Both the position numbers and the translations under genes were made by a program. A DNA stretch of 64,000 bases from Escherichia phage ECBP2. Below the pieces are notes generated by a model, which saw only the letters and a list, made by a program, of their open reading frames with translations, did no database searches and had not been told where the DNA came from. The stretch lies in the sequence record NC_018859.1; one strand, written 5' to 3'. Below are positions 9,481 through 19,746 of the stretch, piece by piece. Position 1 is the first letter of the stretch. Each line of letters starts with the position of its first letter.

Positions 9481-10227
9481 ATGGCGATGCCAGACGTTCA
9501 AAACCCAATTAATACCTACGGATGGCTTAAGAAGGCTGTGTCCCTCTGGGCTGACCGTGATGACCCTGAATTTGTTAATCAAATTCCAAACTTTATTAAC
9601 TTTGCAGAAAAGGAAATCTATCGTAACTTACGTATTCCTTCTCTGGAAAAAGAAGTATATTTAGATATTAAAGATGGTGTGGCTTTTATCCCACCAGACT
9701 TCTTAGAAGCACAATGGATTATGAGAGCTTCGAATGGGATGATGTTCCGAGCAACCTCTCCTGAAGAACTTGATTGGATGAAAAGAAATAACTCTATTAA
9801 CCCATCCAACTGGAATCAAGGTGATGTGATGTTTGCTCGTTTAGGTAGTCGCTTTATGTTCTACCCACTCATTGATGCAGACACTCCTATTTATCCTGAT
9901 GATGGAGCACCTGAGATTCCTGCTGATAATGCTGTGGTTTTGAGTTATTATGCTGACCCTCCAGAATTCCATGAAGACGAAGATACAAGTGCTATTCTGA
10001 CTATTGCTCCTGAATTACTTCTCTATTTTACTCTACGTCATGCTTCTTTGTTTGTTCAAGATGATAATGGAGTGCAGAAGTGGTCTGCTCTTGGTAAAGC
10101 AATTCTAGATGAAATTGTTGAGCAGAGTAAGAAAGCAGAATACTCAGGGTCACCTCTTGTAATCCCTCGAACCATTAGCCGTCTTAATAGCTCTCGTGAA
10201 GTGTACGGCATTCGTAGAAACAGATAA
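9481..10227 (+). CDS. virion structural protein (possible head-tail adaptor or tail tube component)
   Basis: 248 aa, RBS AGGAGG, placed between capsid and tail fiber genes. Confidence 0.45.
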   Translation: MAMPDVQNPINTYGWLKKAVSLWADRDDPEFVNQIPNFINFAEKEIYRNLRIPSLEKEVYLDIKDGVAFIPPDFLEAQWIMRASNGMMFRATSPEELDWMKRNNSINPSNWNQGDVMFARLGSRFMFYPLIDADTPIYPDDGAPEIPADNAVVLSYYADPPEFHEDEDTSAILTIAPELLLYFTLRHASLFVQDDNGVQKWSALGKAILDEIVEQSKKAEYSGSPLVIPRTISRLNSSREVYGIRRNR

Positions 10228-10236
10228 GGAGAACCT

Positions 10237-12795
10237 ATGATCGTTTATAACAACCAAGAACCTAACGCAGTAAATAACGTAGGTCAATTTGGTGCAACAG
10301 AAGGCTCTATTGGAGCTTACAAACAAGCAGCTGAGTATGCTGCTGATGCTAAGTATTGGGCGCTCTTAGCTGAATCTAAATTTGGTACAGTTGATGACCT
10401 TATCGCTGAAGTAGAGAGGCTCTACAAGCAAGGTATCCTGTTACAGCAAGACATTGAAGACTTGAAGCAAGACTTTAAAGATCAAGATGCTCGACTGATG
10501 CAACTGATTGCACAGACTAACGCAGCAGTAGCTAACGCTAACAACTCCATTGCTTTGATTAACCAGAAACTGATTGAAGTTGATCAGCAGCTTGACATTC
10601 TGTTGGCTATGAAAGTTACAGTGACTACACTTCCTCCGGGTTCTGAAGCTACTGGCTCTTTCAACAACCAGACTGGCGAAATCAAGCTTGGGATTCCTGA
10701 AGGTGAGCCGGGTCGTGATGGCTCCGTTACTGATTTAAATACAGCACCATCTGGAACTCCTGTTCTTGGTGATATCGGTTTCTATGTAGATGCGGATGAC
10801 AATAAAGTTTACAAAACTACTCTTAGTGATATTGCTAACCTGATCCCTTCTGTCCGTTCTATCAAAGTTAATGATGGTCCAGAACAAACTGGAGATGTAG
10901 CTCTCACTCTTAATAAAAACACGGTTGGCTTAGGTAATGTTTTGAACGTTGCTCAATATAGTCGCCAAGAGATTAATGATAAGTTTGATAAAACAACTAA
11001 AACATACCAATCGAAAGCTGAAGCTGATTTAGATGCCCAATACCGACAGGTAGGAGAAAAGGTTTTGGTGTGGGACTCAACGAAGTATGAATTCTATACT
11101 GTTGCGGCTGATAAGACCCTTACTCCAGTTAAAACAGAAGGCCGTATCCTAACTGTTAACTCTCGTGCTCCTGATTCAACTGGTAACATTGACATTACCA
11201 TTCCAACAGGAAACCCTTCTCTATATCTTGGTGAGATGGTGATGTTCCCTTATGACCCAACGAAGAATGTCTCATATCCGGGAGTTCTTCCTGCTGATGG
11301 TCGTCTGGTATCAAAAGAGTCTGCTTCAGATTTAGGTCCATCCCTTGTCAGCGGACAACTCCCTGTTGTTTCTGAAACAGAGTGGCAATCTGGTTCTCGT
11401 CAATACTTCTCTTGGGGTAAATTGGCAGATGGTATAACTGATGCAGATTCCACTAACTTTATTAATATTCGTCTGCCAGATTGGACAGGAGGAGAAGCAA
11501 TACGTTCTCCAGATTCTGTAAAAGATAGTGCATATAAAGGTAATGTTCAAAGTCAGGTCCCTTATGTAGTCACTATAAATAACCAAGCTCCTGACGAAAT
11601 CACAGGTAACGTCAACCTCTCCAGATCTATCTTAGGTGCTGCTGCTTCTGGTGCAAACTCTGATATAACATCTCTCGCAGGGCTTACAACAGCGCTTTCT
11701 GTCACTCAGGGTGGAACAGGTGCAAAGAATCCCAATGATGCTAAGGTAAATTTAGATTTAGACAGAATAGAGCAAGGTTCTGGGGAGACTAAGATCTTAT
11801 CTCCAAATAAAGAAACCTACATGTTTGTTGATAATAACGGATGGGGTTGTTACCGTACCACGGCTGGGTTGGTCGGTACTGTAGCTTTGTCAGTTGAGAG
11901 AGGGGGCACTGGAGCAACAGATGTTGCTAGTGCAAGAGATAATCTAGGACTTAAATCTCTTTCTACATTAGATATTGTTCCAGTAGCAAAAGGCGGGACA
12001 GGTGCTAGTGATGCTGCGGAGGCTAGGTCTAACTTGGGTTTAGGTTCTGTTGCTACTCTTAGTAATGTACCAATCTCCAGTGGTGGTACAGGTGCTGGTG
12101 ATGCTGCTGGTGCCCGAAGCAACATTGGGGCGCTGAGTAACACTCCAGCAAACACAGGTACGGGCGGTACTGGTGCGCGAGTCCAACATGCCGCCGGAAG
12201 TGGTCTGTTTACTTTAGACATGTTTAACTGTTACTGGTATATGCAGCCAGAGGATACTAACTTCTGGGTTGCCCACGGTGTGTCATATGCAGGAGCTGGT
12301 GGAGAAGCCTCAGATTACGGTCGTGTATCTTACGCAATAAAGGTTGCAGATGGAACAACAAAATATGTCCATTGTCTTACAAACAAAAATACCATTATTG
12401 ATACAGGTGGATTTATCAAAGCGGCATCTCCGGTAGTTAATATTTATACCGATGGTCGATATGAAACGAATGATGAATCTGATGGGGTTAGTGTCATCCG
12501 GAAGGGTATTGGTGAATATCTGATTACTGGTTGCCTCGGTCTTAACTCTGATGCAAGATGGGGTGGGGTTGATGGGGGGTTTGAAATCCCAACAGATCGC
12601 AATAAGCAGCCTAGGATTTGGCTGGATTATGAGGTTAAAGAAGATGGTTCTATTTTAGTTAAAGCCTATCACAGAACCCATCCAACCTCTCCGGTTTTTG
12701 CTAGAAATGAGATAGAAGGGTTTTCTGATGGAGATCCTATTGACATACCTAAAGATGCATTCATCTCTGTTCGTGTTGAAATGCCGTCTAAGTAA
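10237..12795 (+). CDS. tail fiber protein with tandem GGTGA-x-ARxNLGL fiber repeats
   Basis: 852 aa; N-terminal coiled coil; four repeats of the GGTGA...A(E/S)ARxNLGL type. Confidence 0.7.
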   Translation: MIVYNNQEPNAVNNVGQFGATEGSIGAYKQAAEYAADAKYWALLAESKFGTVDDLIAEVERLYKQGILLQQDIEDLKQDFKDQDARLMQLIAQTNAAVANANNSIALINQKLIEVDQQLDILLAMKVTVTTLPPGSEATGSFNNQTGEIKLGIPEGEPGRDGSVTDLNTAPSGTPVLGDIGFYVDADDNKVYKTTLSDIANLIPSVRSIKVNDGPEQTGDVALTLNKNTVGLGNVLNVAQYSRQEINDKFDKTTKTYQSKAEADLDAQYRQVGEKVLVWDSTKYEFYTVAADKTLTPVKTEGRILTVNSRAPDSTGNIDITIPTGNPSLYLGEMVMFPYDPTKNVSYPGVLPADGRLVSKESASDLGPSLVSGQLPVVSETEWQSGSRQYFSWGKLADGITDADSTNFINIRLPDWTGGEAIRSPDSVKDSAYKGNVQSQVPYVVTINNQAPDEITGNVNLSRSILGAAASGANSDITSLAGLTTALSVTQGGTGAKNPNDAKVNLDLDRIEQGSGETKILSPNKETYMFVDNNGWGCYRTTAGLVGTVALSVERGGTGATDVASARDNLGLKSLSTLDIVPVAKGGTGASDAAEARSNLGLGSVATLSNVPISSGGTGAGDAAGARSNIGALSNTPANTGTGGTGARVQHAAGSGLFTLDMFNCYWYMQPEDTNFWVAHGVSYAGAGGEASDYGRVSYAIKVADGTTKYVHCLTNKNTIIDTGGFIKAASPVVNIYTDGRYETNDESDGVSVIRKGIGEYLITGCLGLNSDARWGGVDGGFEIPTDRNKQPRIWLDYEVKEDGSILVKAYHRTHPTSPVFARNEIEGFSDGDPIDIPKDAFISVRVEMPSK
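11700..12185 (+). repeat. in-frame tandem coding repeats within the tail fiber gene
   Basis: Repeated nucleotide blocks encoding (Q/R)GGTGA(K/T/S)...NLGL units; these also generate a spurious antisense ORF at 11850..12221. Confidence 0.6.
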
Positions 12796-12804
12796 ATTTA
12801 AGAA

Positions 12805-12826
12805 TGCCCTCTTCGGAGGGCTTTAT
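12805..12826 (+). terminator. terminator-like hairpin (UUCG loop)
   Basis: GCCCTC-TTCG-GAGGGC followed by TTTATGG; the T-tract is weak. Confidence 0.35.
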
Positions 12827-12838
12827 GGAGGATTATAA

Positions 12839-15031
12839 ATGTCTAGAGAATTAATGCCCAAATCTGGGATAATGATGCCTCATGTTGTTATTAACCGAGA
12901 TGCTGCTGTTGTAGGTGTTTCAACTGTTGATGGTGTAGTTGGTGCTGTCAACCTAACGAATAAGTATTTGCAGAAGACGGATGCTGAAAACACCTACATG
13001 ACTAAAGCTGATGGAGCTACTAAAGTTTATGTTGCAGATTCTATTGCTCCTATTATGGAAGGTGCTCTATTTAAAGCTGACCCATTCGTAGCTAATGATG
13101 TACCTTTCCGTGCTGCTGGTTCTAATGGTGTAGAATCTGTTGACATGATTAAAGTAACACCAGAGAATACTATCAAGATTGGCAGTTATGCTTCTTCTGT
13201 TCAAGGTGTAGAGGTCCACACTGCTGGTCGTCTTCAAGTTGTAGATTTGAATGATGGTGGTGTAGAAACTAAATACCCTATCTACTCTAAACGATATCGT
13301 CCTGAGATTGATGAACTTCCCTTTGCAGCGATTGGTTCTTATGTCAAGGACTCTAAGGGTCGCACCATTGGTGTAAATCGTACTGGTATCAACTCTGATA
13401 TCAAACAGCTCACTCAGAAAGTAACCTTTACACAACCTGTAACTGTTCCTGATGCAGTTGGAGATTATGATGCAGTAACTTTGAGACAGCTTCGTAATAG
13501 TGGTGGTGGTTCTGGTGGTCCTACCATGAGCGGTATCTCCAACTTTGGTATTGGTGATTTCCATCTTCGTGACAGTCGTGCTTTCATTCCTGCATTTGAA
13601 GTTGTGTCTGATGGGCAGCTTTTAAACCGCGCTGACTATCCAGATCTGTGGGCTTATGCACAATTATTGTCACCAATCGAGGACTCTTTGTGGCTTTCTG
13701 ACAAGTTCAAGCGTGGGAGATATAGTAAAGGGGATGGTTCTACTACCTTCCGTGTTCCTGATAGGAATGGCGTTCAGGCTGGTTCTATTCGTGCTTTATA
13801 TGCTCGCGGTGATGGTGGTTCTTCTTCTGCTAACGGAGATATTTTTGAATCAGCAGCACCAAACATTACAGCTGATGTGACCTCGTATTCTTCAACCTCA
13901 TACTCACAGGTATTTGGGATAACTCATGGTGCTATGTATGTAGACAACAGCACTTTCCCAACTGGTGATGGTGATGCTATCCCTTCAACTGGAAACATTG
14001 CCATCAAAGGTCGATTCAATACCTTACACCTAGACGCATCGCGATCAAACTCAATTTATGGTGCATCATCTGATGAAATCATGGGTCGTAACTTTGTTGG
14101 TGTTTGGACTATTCGTGCTCATGGTGGTTTTACTGCTGCTAATACTTCTTGGTCTGTTATTAACAGCGACTCGACAGAGCCTCCTAGCGGTACACCGATT
14201 ACTGGTGGTTTAGTTTCTTCTAAATACTTAGTTGGAGGTGTTGATAAGTATCGGTCTTCTTTCCAATTGCAAGGGTCTAATGAAGTTGATTTATCAACTA
14301 GAATTACCACCATAAATGATAAATATTCCATCGGAGCTGCAACTTGGGATTTTAAATTAGATGGTAAACTTCTTTTCAACAAGAGTCTAACTCCTAATGG
14401 AACAGGAAACGCTCCTGGAAATACCTACTTAACTCTAGCTAATACTTGGATGAGTTCTTCATACTCTGGATATGTAGGGTTTGTTGGTGGTGGGGCTGGG
14501 GTTTCTAATGGGGGTTGGAGAAACTTTATTTCTTTAGGGGCTCTAATCTTCCCAGACTCTAACCATCCATCCGCTGTTATTTCTCAAGTTTATGACTATG
14601 ACCTTCCTACAGGAAATCAACCTAATGGAGACATTGTCAGAAATACCTATTTCAGTGCTGAGAGCTACGACATTACCTTCGGGAACAACAGTGGGACTAC
14701 TAATTACATCTTCAGTAAATCTCCAGTCTCTGACGAACGACTCAAGCATAGCATTAAGGAAGAAGGGACAGCCACAGCTCTTTCTAACTTAAACAAGATG
14801 GAGTATAAAACCTTTATCTATAATTATGATGAGAAAGCAACTGTAAGGCGTGGGTTTATTGCCCAGCAACTTGAAGCTATTGACCCTCAATATGTTAGGA
14901 AGTATAAAACTTTCAAAGGGACTGATACCCTAGCTTTAGATGAGAATGTGTTGCTTTTAGATGCAATTGCTGCAATCCAAGAACTTACCAAAAAGGTTGA
15001 AGTTCTAGAAGCGAAGTTAGCAGAGAAGTAA
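12839..15031 (+). CDS. tail fiber / tailspike with C-terminal intramolecular chaperone (S74-type) domain
   Basis: 730 aa; the C-terminus SDERLKHSIKE...GFIAQQLEAIDPQYV...LEAKLAEK matches the self-cleaving chaperone domain of phage fibers. Confidence 0.75.
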   Translation: MSRELMPKSGIMMPHVVINRDAAVVGVSTVDGVVGAVNLTNKYLQKTDAENTYMTKADGATKVYVADSIAPIMEGALFKADPFVANDVPFRAAGSNGVESVDMIKVTPENTIKIGSYASSVQGVEVHTAGRLQVVDLNDGGVETKYPIYSKRYRPEIDELPFAAIGSYVKDSKGRTIGVNRTGINSDIKQLTQKVTFTQPVTVPDAVGDYDAVTLRQLRNSGGGSGGPTMSGISNFGIGDFHLRDSRAFIPAFEVVSDGQLLNRADYPDLWAYAQLLSPIEDSLWLSDKFKRGRYSKGDGSTTFRVPDRNGVQAGSIRALYARGDGGSSSANGDIFESAAPNITADVTSYSSTSYSQVFGITHGAMYVDNSTFPTGDGDAIPSTGNIAIKGRFNTLHLDASRSNSIYGASSDEIMGRNFVGVWTIRAHGGFTAANTSWSVINSDSTEPPSGTPITGGLVSSKYLVGGVDKYRSSFQLQGSNEVDLSTRITTINDKYSIGAATWDFKLDGKLLFNKSLTPNGTGNAPGNTYLTLANTWMSSSYSGYVGFVGGGAGVSNGGWRNFISLGALIFPDSNHPSAVISQVYDYDLPTGNQPNGDIVRNTYFSAESYDITFGNNSGTTNYIFSKSPVSDERLKHSIKEEGTATALSNLNKMEYKTFIYNYDEKATVRRGFIAQQLEAIDPQYVRKYKTFKGTDTLALDENVLLLDAIAAIQELTKKVEVLEAKLAEK

Positions 15032-15040
15032 TCTAATAGC

Positions 15041-15058
15041 CCCTTCGGGGGCTTTAGT
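15041..15058 (+). terminator. terminator-like hairpin (UUCG loop)
   Basis: AGCCCC-TTCG-GGGGCT followed by TT. Confidence 0.4.
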
Positions 15059-15125
15059 AGTAAGTCTGTTCAAGAAGTAATGAAACTACTATATCACAAA
15101 AGGAATACACATAGGAGATACGAAG

Positions 15126-15344
15126 ATGAAAATGATGAAACAAATCAGTTATGGGTTAGCTTGTGTTGCTACCGGTTTTGCTGTGTCAGTGGCTGTTCCT
15201 GTTAACGCAGTGCATCCTCTGGTAACACAACCTGCACCAGTTGAGAAATTGAGTGCATCATGTAAGCAGCGTACAATTCAGAATAATCTTGTGGTTATTT
15301 GTCCGGACTCTGATTCTAGTGCTCTGAGAAATATGCTTCAGTAA
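15126..15344 (+). CDS. small protein with a signal-peptide-like N-terminus
   Basis: 72 aa with a hydrophobic N-terminal stretch; RBS GGAGA; immediately upstream of the endolysin, so a lysis role is possible. Confidence 0.4.
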   Translation: MKMMKQISYGLACVATGFAVSVAVPVNAVHPLVTQPAPVEKLSASCKQRTIQNNLVVICPDSDSSALRNMLQ

Positions 15345-15374
15345 TTTAGGGCTGACTGGAAAAGGAGGTGAAAA

Positions 15375-15866
15375 ATGGATAATGTCGCATTGCCACCGAT
15401 ACAACTGAGCTTAAGCCCAGAAGGGATGGAATTCATCATGAAGCATGAAGGTATGAGAACTCGTGCTTACCAAGATTCCGCAGGTATCTGGACGATATGT
15501 GTTGGGGCTACGCGCGATATGAATGGGTATCCAGTTAGACAGGGATTAACGTATTCTATAGAGGATTGTCTAGCTCTGCTAGATAGAGACACACAAGACT
15601 CTGTTCGTGCCACTCAGAAAAATATTAGGGTTCCTTTGCTAACCCACGAGTTTGATGCTCTCACCTCTTTCAATTTTAATGTAGGAGGAACAGCTCTATC
15701 AACTTCTAAGCTAAGGAAAGTGATCAACGGAGATGCTAAGGGTGATGTTTACTCAGAGTTCTTACGTTGGGATAAGATAACAGTCAGAGGTGTAAAACAA
15801 CAGAGTCCGGGACTTCACAACCGAAGAGTTGCAGAAGCAGACCTATACACCATAGGTAAATATTAA
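15375..15866 (+). CDS. endolysin, GH24 (T4/lambda-type) lysozyme
   Basis: MEFIMKHEGMRTRAYQDSAGIWTICVGAT matches the lysozyme E...D...T signature; RBS AAAGGAGGTG. Confidence 0.8.
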   Translation: MDNVALPPIQLSLSPEGMEFIMKHEGMRTRAYQDSAGIWTICVGATRDMNGYPVRQGLTYSIEDCLALLDRDTQDSVRATQKNIRVPLLTHEFDALTSFNFNVGGTALSTSKLRKVINGDAKGDVYSEFLRWDKITVRGVKQQSPGLHNRRVAEADLYTIGKY

Positions 15867-15878
15867 TGGAGGTGCCTT

Positions 15879-16682
15879 TTGGCTATTGAAACTACAGCGG
15901 TAGTAACTACCGATTTAAATCCCCTGTACCCTCGTGACAGGGACTACATCTACGAAGGGGCGGCTCAACTCCGCCTCATTAAACAAGTGTTGATTAATAC
16001 ATTCCCTAATATCACTGAACCAGTGAACCTGTCCTCTGAATCCTTTAAGGCTTTGTCAGAGAAGATCACATTTACTGGCGATGCAATGGATGTTGGTAAT
16101 CTGATGATTAAGAACCTAACTCCGGGTACAGGTGATAAAGATGCTGTAACCAAAGGTCAGATGGAAGCTTTCATGTTGAATTGGATGCAGAATAAACTTT
16201 ATCGTATTGGTGCTTACTATATCACTGAAGAAGATATCAACCCCGGTGATTCTAGCTCTCTCGGCTTTGGCTCTTGGGCTAAAGTTACTGGTGTTGTTAT
16301 GGGTACTGGTGTTGTCAACCCCGATGGATCTGTTCCTAACGCCCAGCGTGTTGAGTTCCAAGCAGGCGGTACAGGTGGTCGTGTGTTCAATACAGTTCGT
16401 GCTGATAACATGCCTCTGACGACAATCAACGGTTCTAGTTTCCAAGTAAGTTCTTACTCTCACGCACACGGTATTACGATGGGTCGTGGTGATGCTAGTG
16501 GTCACAATAGCAACCCTAACTGGTATAGTCCGGGTGGTGGTTATACTCAGACAACTGATACAAATACTCACTCACACTCAATCTCTGGTTCTGTTAGTTT
16601 TGGTTATGATGATATCTCTCGTCAGCCTATTAACACTTTACCACCGTTCCGAGCAGCACACATTTGGAGACGTATTAGCTAA
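15879..16682 (+). CDS. virion/tail protein (hypothetical)
   Basis: 267 aa; apparent TTG start 5 nt after GGAGGTG; Gly/Ser/Thr-rich C-terminal half. Confidence 0.45.
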   Translation: MAIETTAVVTTDLNPLYPRDRDYIYEGAAQLRLIKQVLINTFPNITEPVNLSSESFKALSEKITFTGDAMDVGNLMIKNLTPGTGDKDAVTKGQMEAFMLNWMQNKLYRIGAYYITEEDINPGDSSSLGFGSWAKVTGVVMGTGVVNPDGSVPNAQRVEFQAGGTGGRVFNTVRADNMPLTTINGSSFQVSSYSHAHGITMGRGDASGHNSNPNWYSPGGGYTQTTDTNTHSHSISGSVSFGYDDISRQPINTLPPFRAAHIWRRIS

Positions 16683-16691
16683 GGAGGTAGC

Positions 16692-19600
16692 ATGGCTCTC
16701 TATCCGATTAAATCATTAGGCGCAGTTGGGGTTATCGCTGACCAAGCACCTACTGACTTAGCACCAAATGCTTTCACTAACGCTATTAATGCTCGGTTTG
16801 TTGAGCAGAGAGTCTTTAAGACGGGGGGTAATGCCCCTCTTTCTTATGTAGACGAAGATAAAGATCTGACTCCTCTCTCGTTCCTTTCAATGCCTTTCGA
16901 TTATTATAGCGCAGGTACTAGCTTCCTTGTGGTAGGTACAGATAAGAAACTGTATAAACTTACCGATGAAAGTTTAACTGATATCAGCCGTAAGGTTGCT
17001 ACAGCTACGAAGAAAGCATCAGCGACAATTAAGATTTATCCAGTGGTCTCTAGTATTTCCCCTAAAGAGACTTCTGTATCCATGAACTTTAACCAGACCA
17101 AGATTCTTGAAGTTGAAGTTAAACCAGTAGATGCACAGAATGCTAACCTAGTTTGGGAAGTGAGTAACTCTTCTTATGGTAGTATCGAGGTTGACCCTAC
17201 TGATTCTAAGAAAGCTACACTGACTTCTAAATCAGTTGAAGGTAATCTAGTTGTTACGGTCAGTACAGCTGACGATTCTATCTCAGCTCAGATTGCAGTT
17301 AACATCATCGATGGTGATTCTGGTATTTATCTGAGTCAAGATACACTGACTATGCGTAAAGGTGGTACTTCTACTCTTACAGCTATCACAGGTAAACCTT
17401 CTGTAACTTGGACTTCTTCTAACCCATCTTTGATTTCGGTTTCTCCTAATGCTAACACTAAGACGGTTGTTCTTACAGCTCTTGGAGAAGGACAGGCAAC
17501 TATCACCGCTGACAATGGGACAAAGACTGCATCTTGTGTAGTAACAGCGATTCCTCAGATTGATAGTATCTCATTAAGCCAGACAGATGTTCAAATGAGT
17601 CGTGGTACTCAGTATATCTTGACAGCAACTGTTAGCCCAGCTAATGCTCCTAACCAAGCAATCACTTGGACTTCTTCTAATACCAATATTGCTACAGTAA
17701 GTGGTACAGGTACAGAAGCTACCATCACTGGTTTGCTTGCAGGTTATACGGAGATTACAGCAGTGACAGCAGAGGGAAGTCGTTCAGCAGTTTGTACTGT
17801 TCGAGTTGACCTATCCTCTCGTTTGGCAAGTAGGGCTATGTCAGCAATGGCTATCACTACAGAAGCTCCTGTAGAAGAACCGGTTGTTGAGTCAGAAGAA
17901 GTTACTTATTTTGACACTGATACAATTGGTATTGATACGTCAGGGATGTCAGAAGGGAATAACTTCTACGACTACTCCAACGTTATGGACTTGGAAGGAT
18001 TTGGTAGAGCAGCAATGCTTGCTAATGATCCTCCTCTCACTGGAGTTACTCTTGATGTTATTGATGCTTCTCTTGATGTAGGTGAAGAAATTGTTATCAC
18101 AGCTACAGCATCTCCTACTGGAAGTTACACTTACAAGTGGACGGTTGATAAGAGTGGTTATGTTTCTACTACCTCTACAACTAACCCTACTTTGAAACTT
18201 ACTGCTATTCGTAAGGGTGAGATTAAGGTGACTTGTACTGTAAGCCAGATGGTCCAGAAAGACTATGATGCGTTTGAAGATTATCCTTGGTATCATGCGA
18301 TCATCTCTAACTGTGCAGTAGCAACTACTCACTACGAAACTCCTCAGGTTAAGGAATTCGATTCTGAATACTTCACTGATCTTCCGGGATGGGGTGAACA
18401 GACAGTTGTTGATGCAGATGGCAACCCTTCTGTTAAGAAGTATAACTGGAAGTGTGAACGAGTAAGGGCTTTTAATAATAGGTTGTTTGCTCTGAATATG
18501 AGAGAGTCTAACGCTTCTGGTGTTACTACTCATTATCCTCTTCGTTTACGTTGGTCTAACTTTGCAGAGGAAAACAAGGCTCCTGAGCTTTGGGATGATT
18601 ATGCATACGACCGAGCAGTAACTTCTGACCTAGCAGCTAACATCGTAGGACAGACAGAAGCTCTTGAGAATGGTTACGCAGGGTATATTGACTTGGCTGA
18701 CTCTAACGGTAGTTTGTTAGATGTTCTTCCTCTGAAAGATTACCTGTTCGTGTATACTGAGTTTGAAACCTACATTGGTTCTCCTACTAACAACACCTAT
18801 CAGCCTTTGATGTTTAAGAAGCTGTTTAACGATTCAGGTATCCTTGCTCCTGAATGTGTGGTGGAAGTTGAGGGTGGTCACTTTGTAGTAACTCAGAACG
18901 ACGTCATTCTACATAATGGTGCTTCTAAGAAATCTATTGCTTCTAACCGAGTGAAGAACATGCTCATTAATGAGATTTGTCTGGTGAACCCAATTGCTAC
19001 ACGAGTTCATCTTCATCAGGATAAGAAAGAAGTGTGGGTTCTTTATGTAGGTCCGGGTGAACCTAAAGAAAGTTTTGCTTGTACTAAGGCAGCTGTATGG
19101 AACTACGAGTTTGATACTTGGTCTTTCCGTACGATTCCTTACTCTTACTGTATCGGTCTGGTTGATCCTCCTGTTCTGGAACGTGGTCCTATCTGGGCTG
19201 ATTTCCAAGAGATCACTTGGGATGACCCTTCGATTGACAAACTGGTGTGGAGAAAAGATGCAACTAACTTCCGTCAGCGAGTTACAATCATAGGTTCTTT
19301 CTTGAAAGGATTTTACCAAGTTGATATAGGAGCTTTGGATTATATCTATGACAGAACAAATGATGTGGTTATAGAGAAGCCTCTGGAAATGAGACTAGAG
19401 AGAACGGGGATTGATTTTGATAACGTCACTAATGAATGGAATCAGAAACACATTAACCGATTTAGACCTCAAGTAACAGGAACAGGGACTTATACTTTTG
19501 AAGCAGGTGGTAGTCAATTCTCTAATGAGTATGGACACAACCACTCTACTAAAGAGTTTAGGGTTGGTGTAGATCGTCACGTAGCAGTCAGACTGAACCA

Positions 19601-19697
19601 TCCATACCTATTCTATAATGTTATAGATAATGATGTTAACAGTAATGCGTCTATGAATGGTTTAACCATAGAGTTTGCTGTTGGCGGTCGAAGATAA
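16692..19697 (+). CDS. large tail protein with tandem Ig-like (Big_2) domains
   Basis: 1001 aa; three to four Big_2-like repeats between residues about 100 and 370; RBS AAGGAGG. Confidence 0.6.
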   Translation: MALYPIKSLGAVGVIADQAPTDLAPNAFTNAINARFVEQRVFKTGGNAPLSYVDEDKDLTPLSFLSMPFDYYSAGTSFLVVGTDKKLYKLTDESLTDISRKVATATKKASATIKIYPVVSSISPKETSVSMNFNQTKILEVEVKPVDAQNANLVWEVSNSSYGSIEVDPTDSKKATLTSKSVEGNLVVTVSTADDSISAQIAVNIIDGDSGIYLSQDTLTMRKGGTSTLTAITGKPSVTWTSSNPSLISVSPNANTKTVVLTALGEGQATITADNGTKTASCVVTAIPQIDSISLSQTDVQMSRGTQYILTATVSPANAPNQAITWTSSNTNIATVSGTGTEATITGLLAGYTEITAVTAEGSRSAVCTVRVDLSSRLASRAMSAMAITTEAPVEEPVVESEEVTYFDTDTIGIDTSGMSEGNNFYDYSNVMDLEGFGRAAMLANDPPLTGVTLDVIDASLDVGEEIVITATASPTGSYTYKWTVDKSGYVSTTSTTNPTLKLTAIRKGEIKVTCTVSQMVQKDYDAFEDYPWYHAIISNCAVATTHYETPQVKEFDSEYFTDLPGWGEQTVVDADGNPSVKKYNWKCERVRAFNNRLFALNMRESNASGVTTHYPLRLRWSNFAEENKAPELWDDYAYDRAVTSDLAANIVGQTEALENGYAGYIDLADSNGSLLDVLPLKDYLFVYTEFETYIGSPTNNTYQPLMFKKLFNDSGILAPECVVEVEGGHFVVTQNDVILHNGASKKSIASNRVKNMLINEICLVNPIATRVHLHQDKKEVWVLYVGPGEPKESFACTKAAVWNYEFDTWSFRTIPYSYCIGLVDPPVLERGPIWADFQEITWDDPSIDKLVWRKDATNFRQRVTIIGSFLKGFYQVDIGALDYIYDRTNDVVIEKPLEMRLERTGIDFDNVTNEWNQKHINRFRPQVTGTGTYTFEAGGSQFSNEYGHNHSTKEFRVGVDRHVAVRLNHPYLFYNVIDNDVNSNASMNGLTIEFAVGGRR

Positions 19698-19706
19698 CAA
19701 CTAGGG

Positions 19707-19735
19707 AGCTTCGGCTCCCTTTTATTGTTTATAAT
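19707..19735 (+). terminator. rho-independent terminator
   Basis: GGGAGC-TTCG-GCTCCC followed by TTTTATTGTTT. Confidence 0.6.
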
Positions 19736-19746
19736 TGGAGGTATTT

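Noticed and set aside
11850-12221. Antisense ORF (123 aa, Pro/Ala/Val-rich) inside the tail fiber gene
   Set aside because: It is an artefact of the GGTGA coding repeats on the opposite strand; no RBS and embedded in a well-supported longer gene. The same applies to other antisense ORFs inside long genes, for example 16116..16571, 17949..18533, 25018..25896 and 29523..30182.
19735-19746. TTG start given by the ORF track for the 340-aa fiber-like gene
   Set aside because: The ATG at 19747 has GGAGG at the ideal spacing; the TTG overlaps the Shine-Dalgarno itself. Similar reasoning moved the starts at 920, 41708, 33124, 35104 and 61221.
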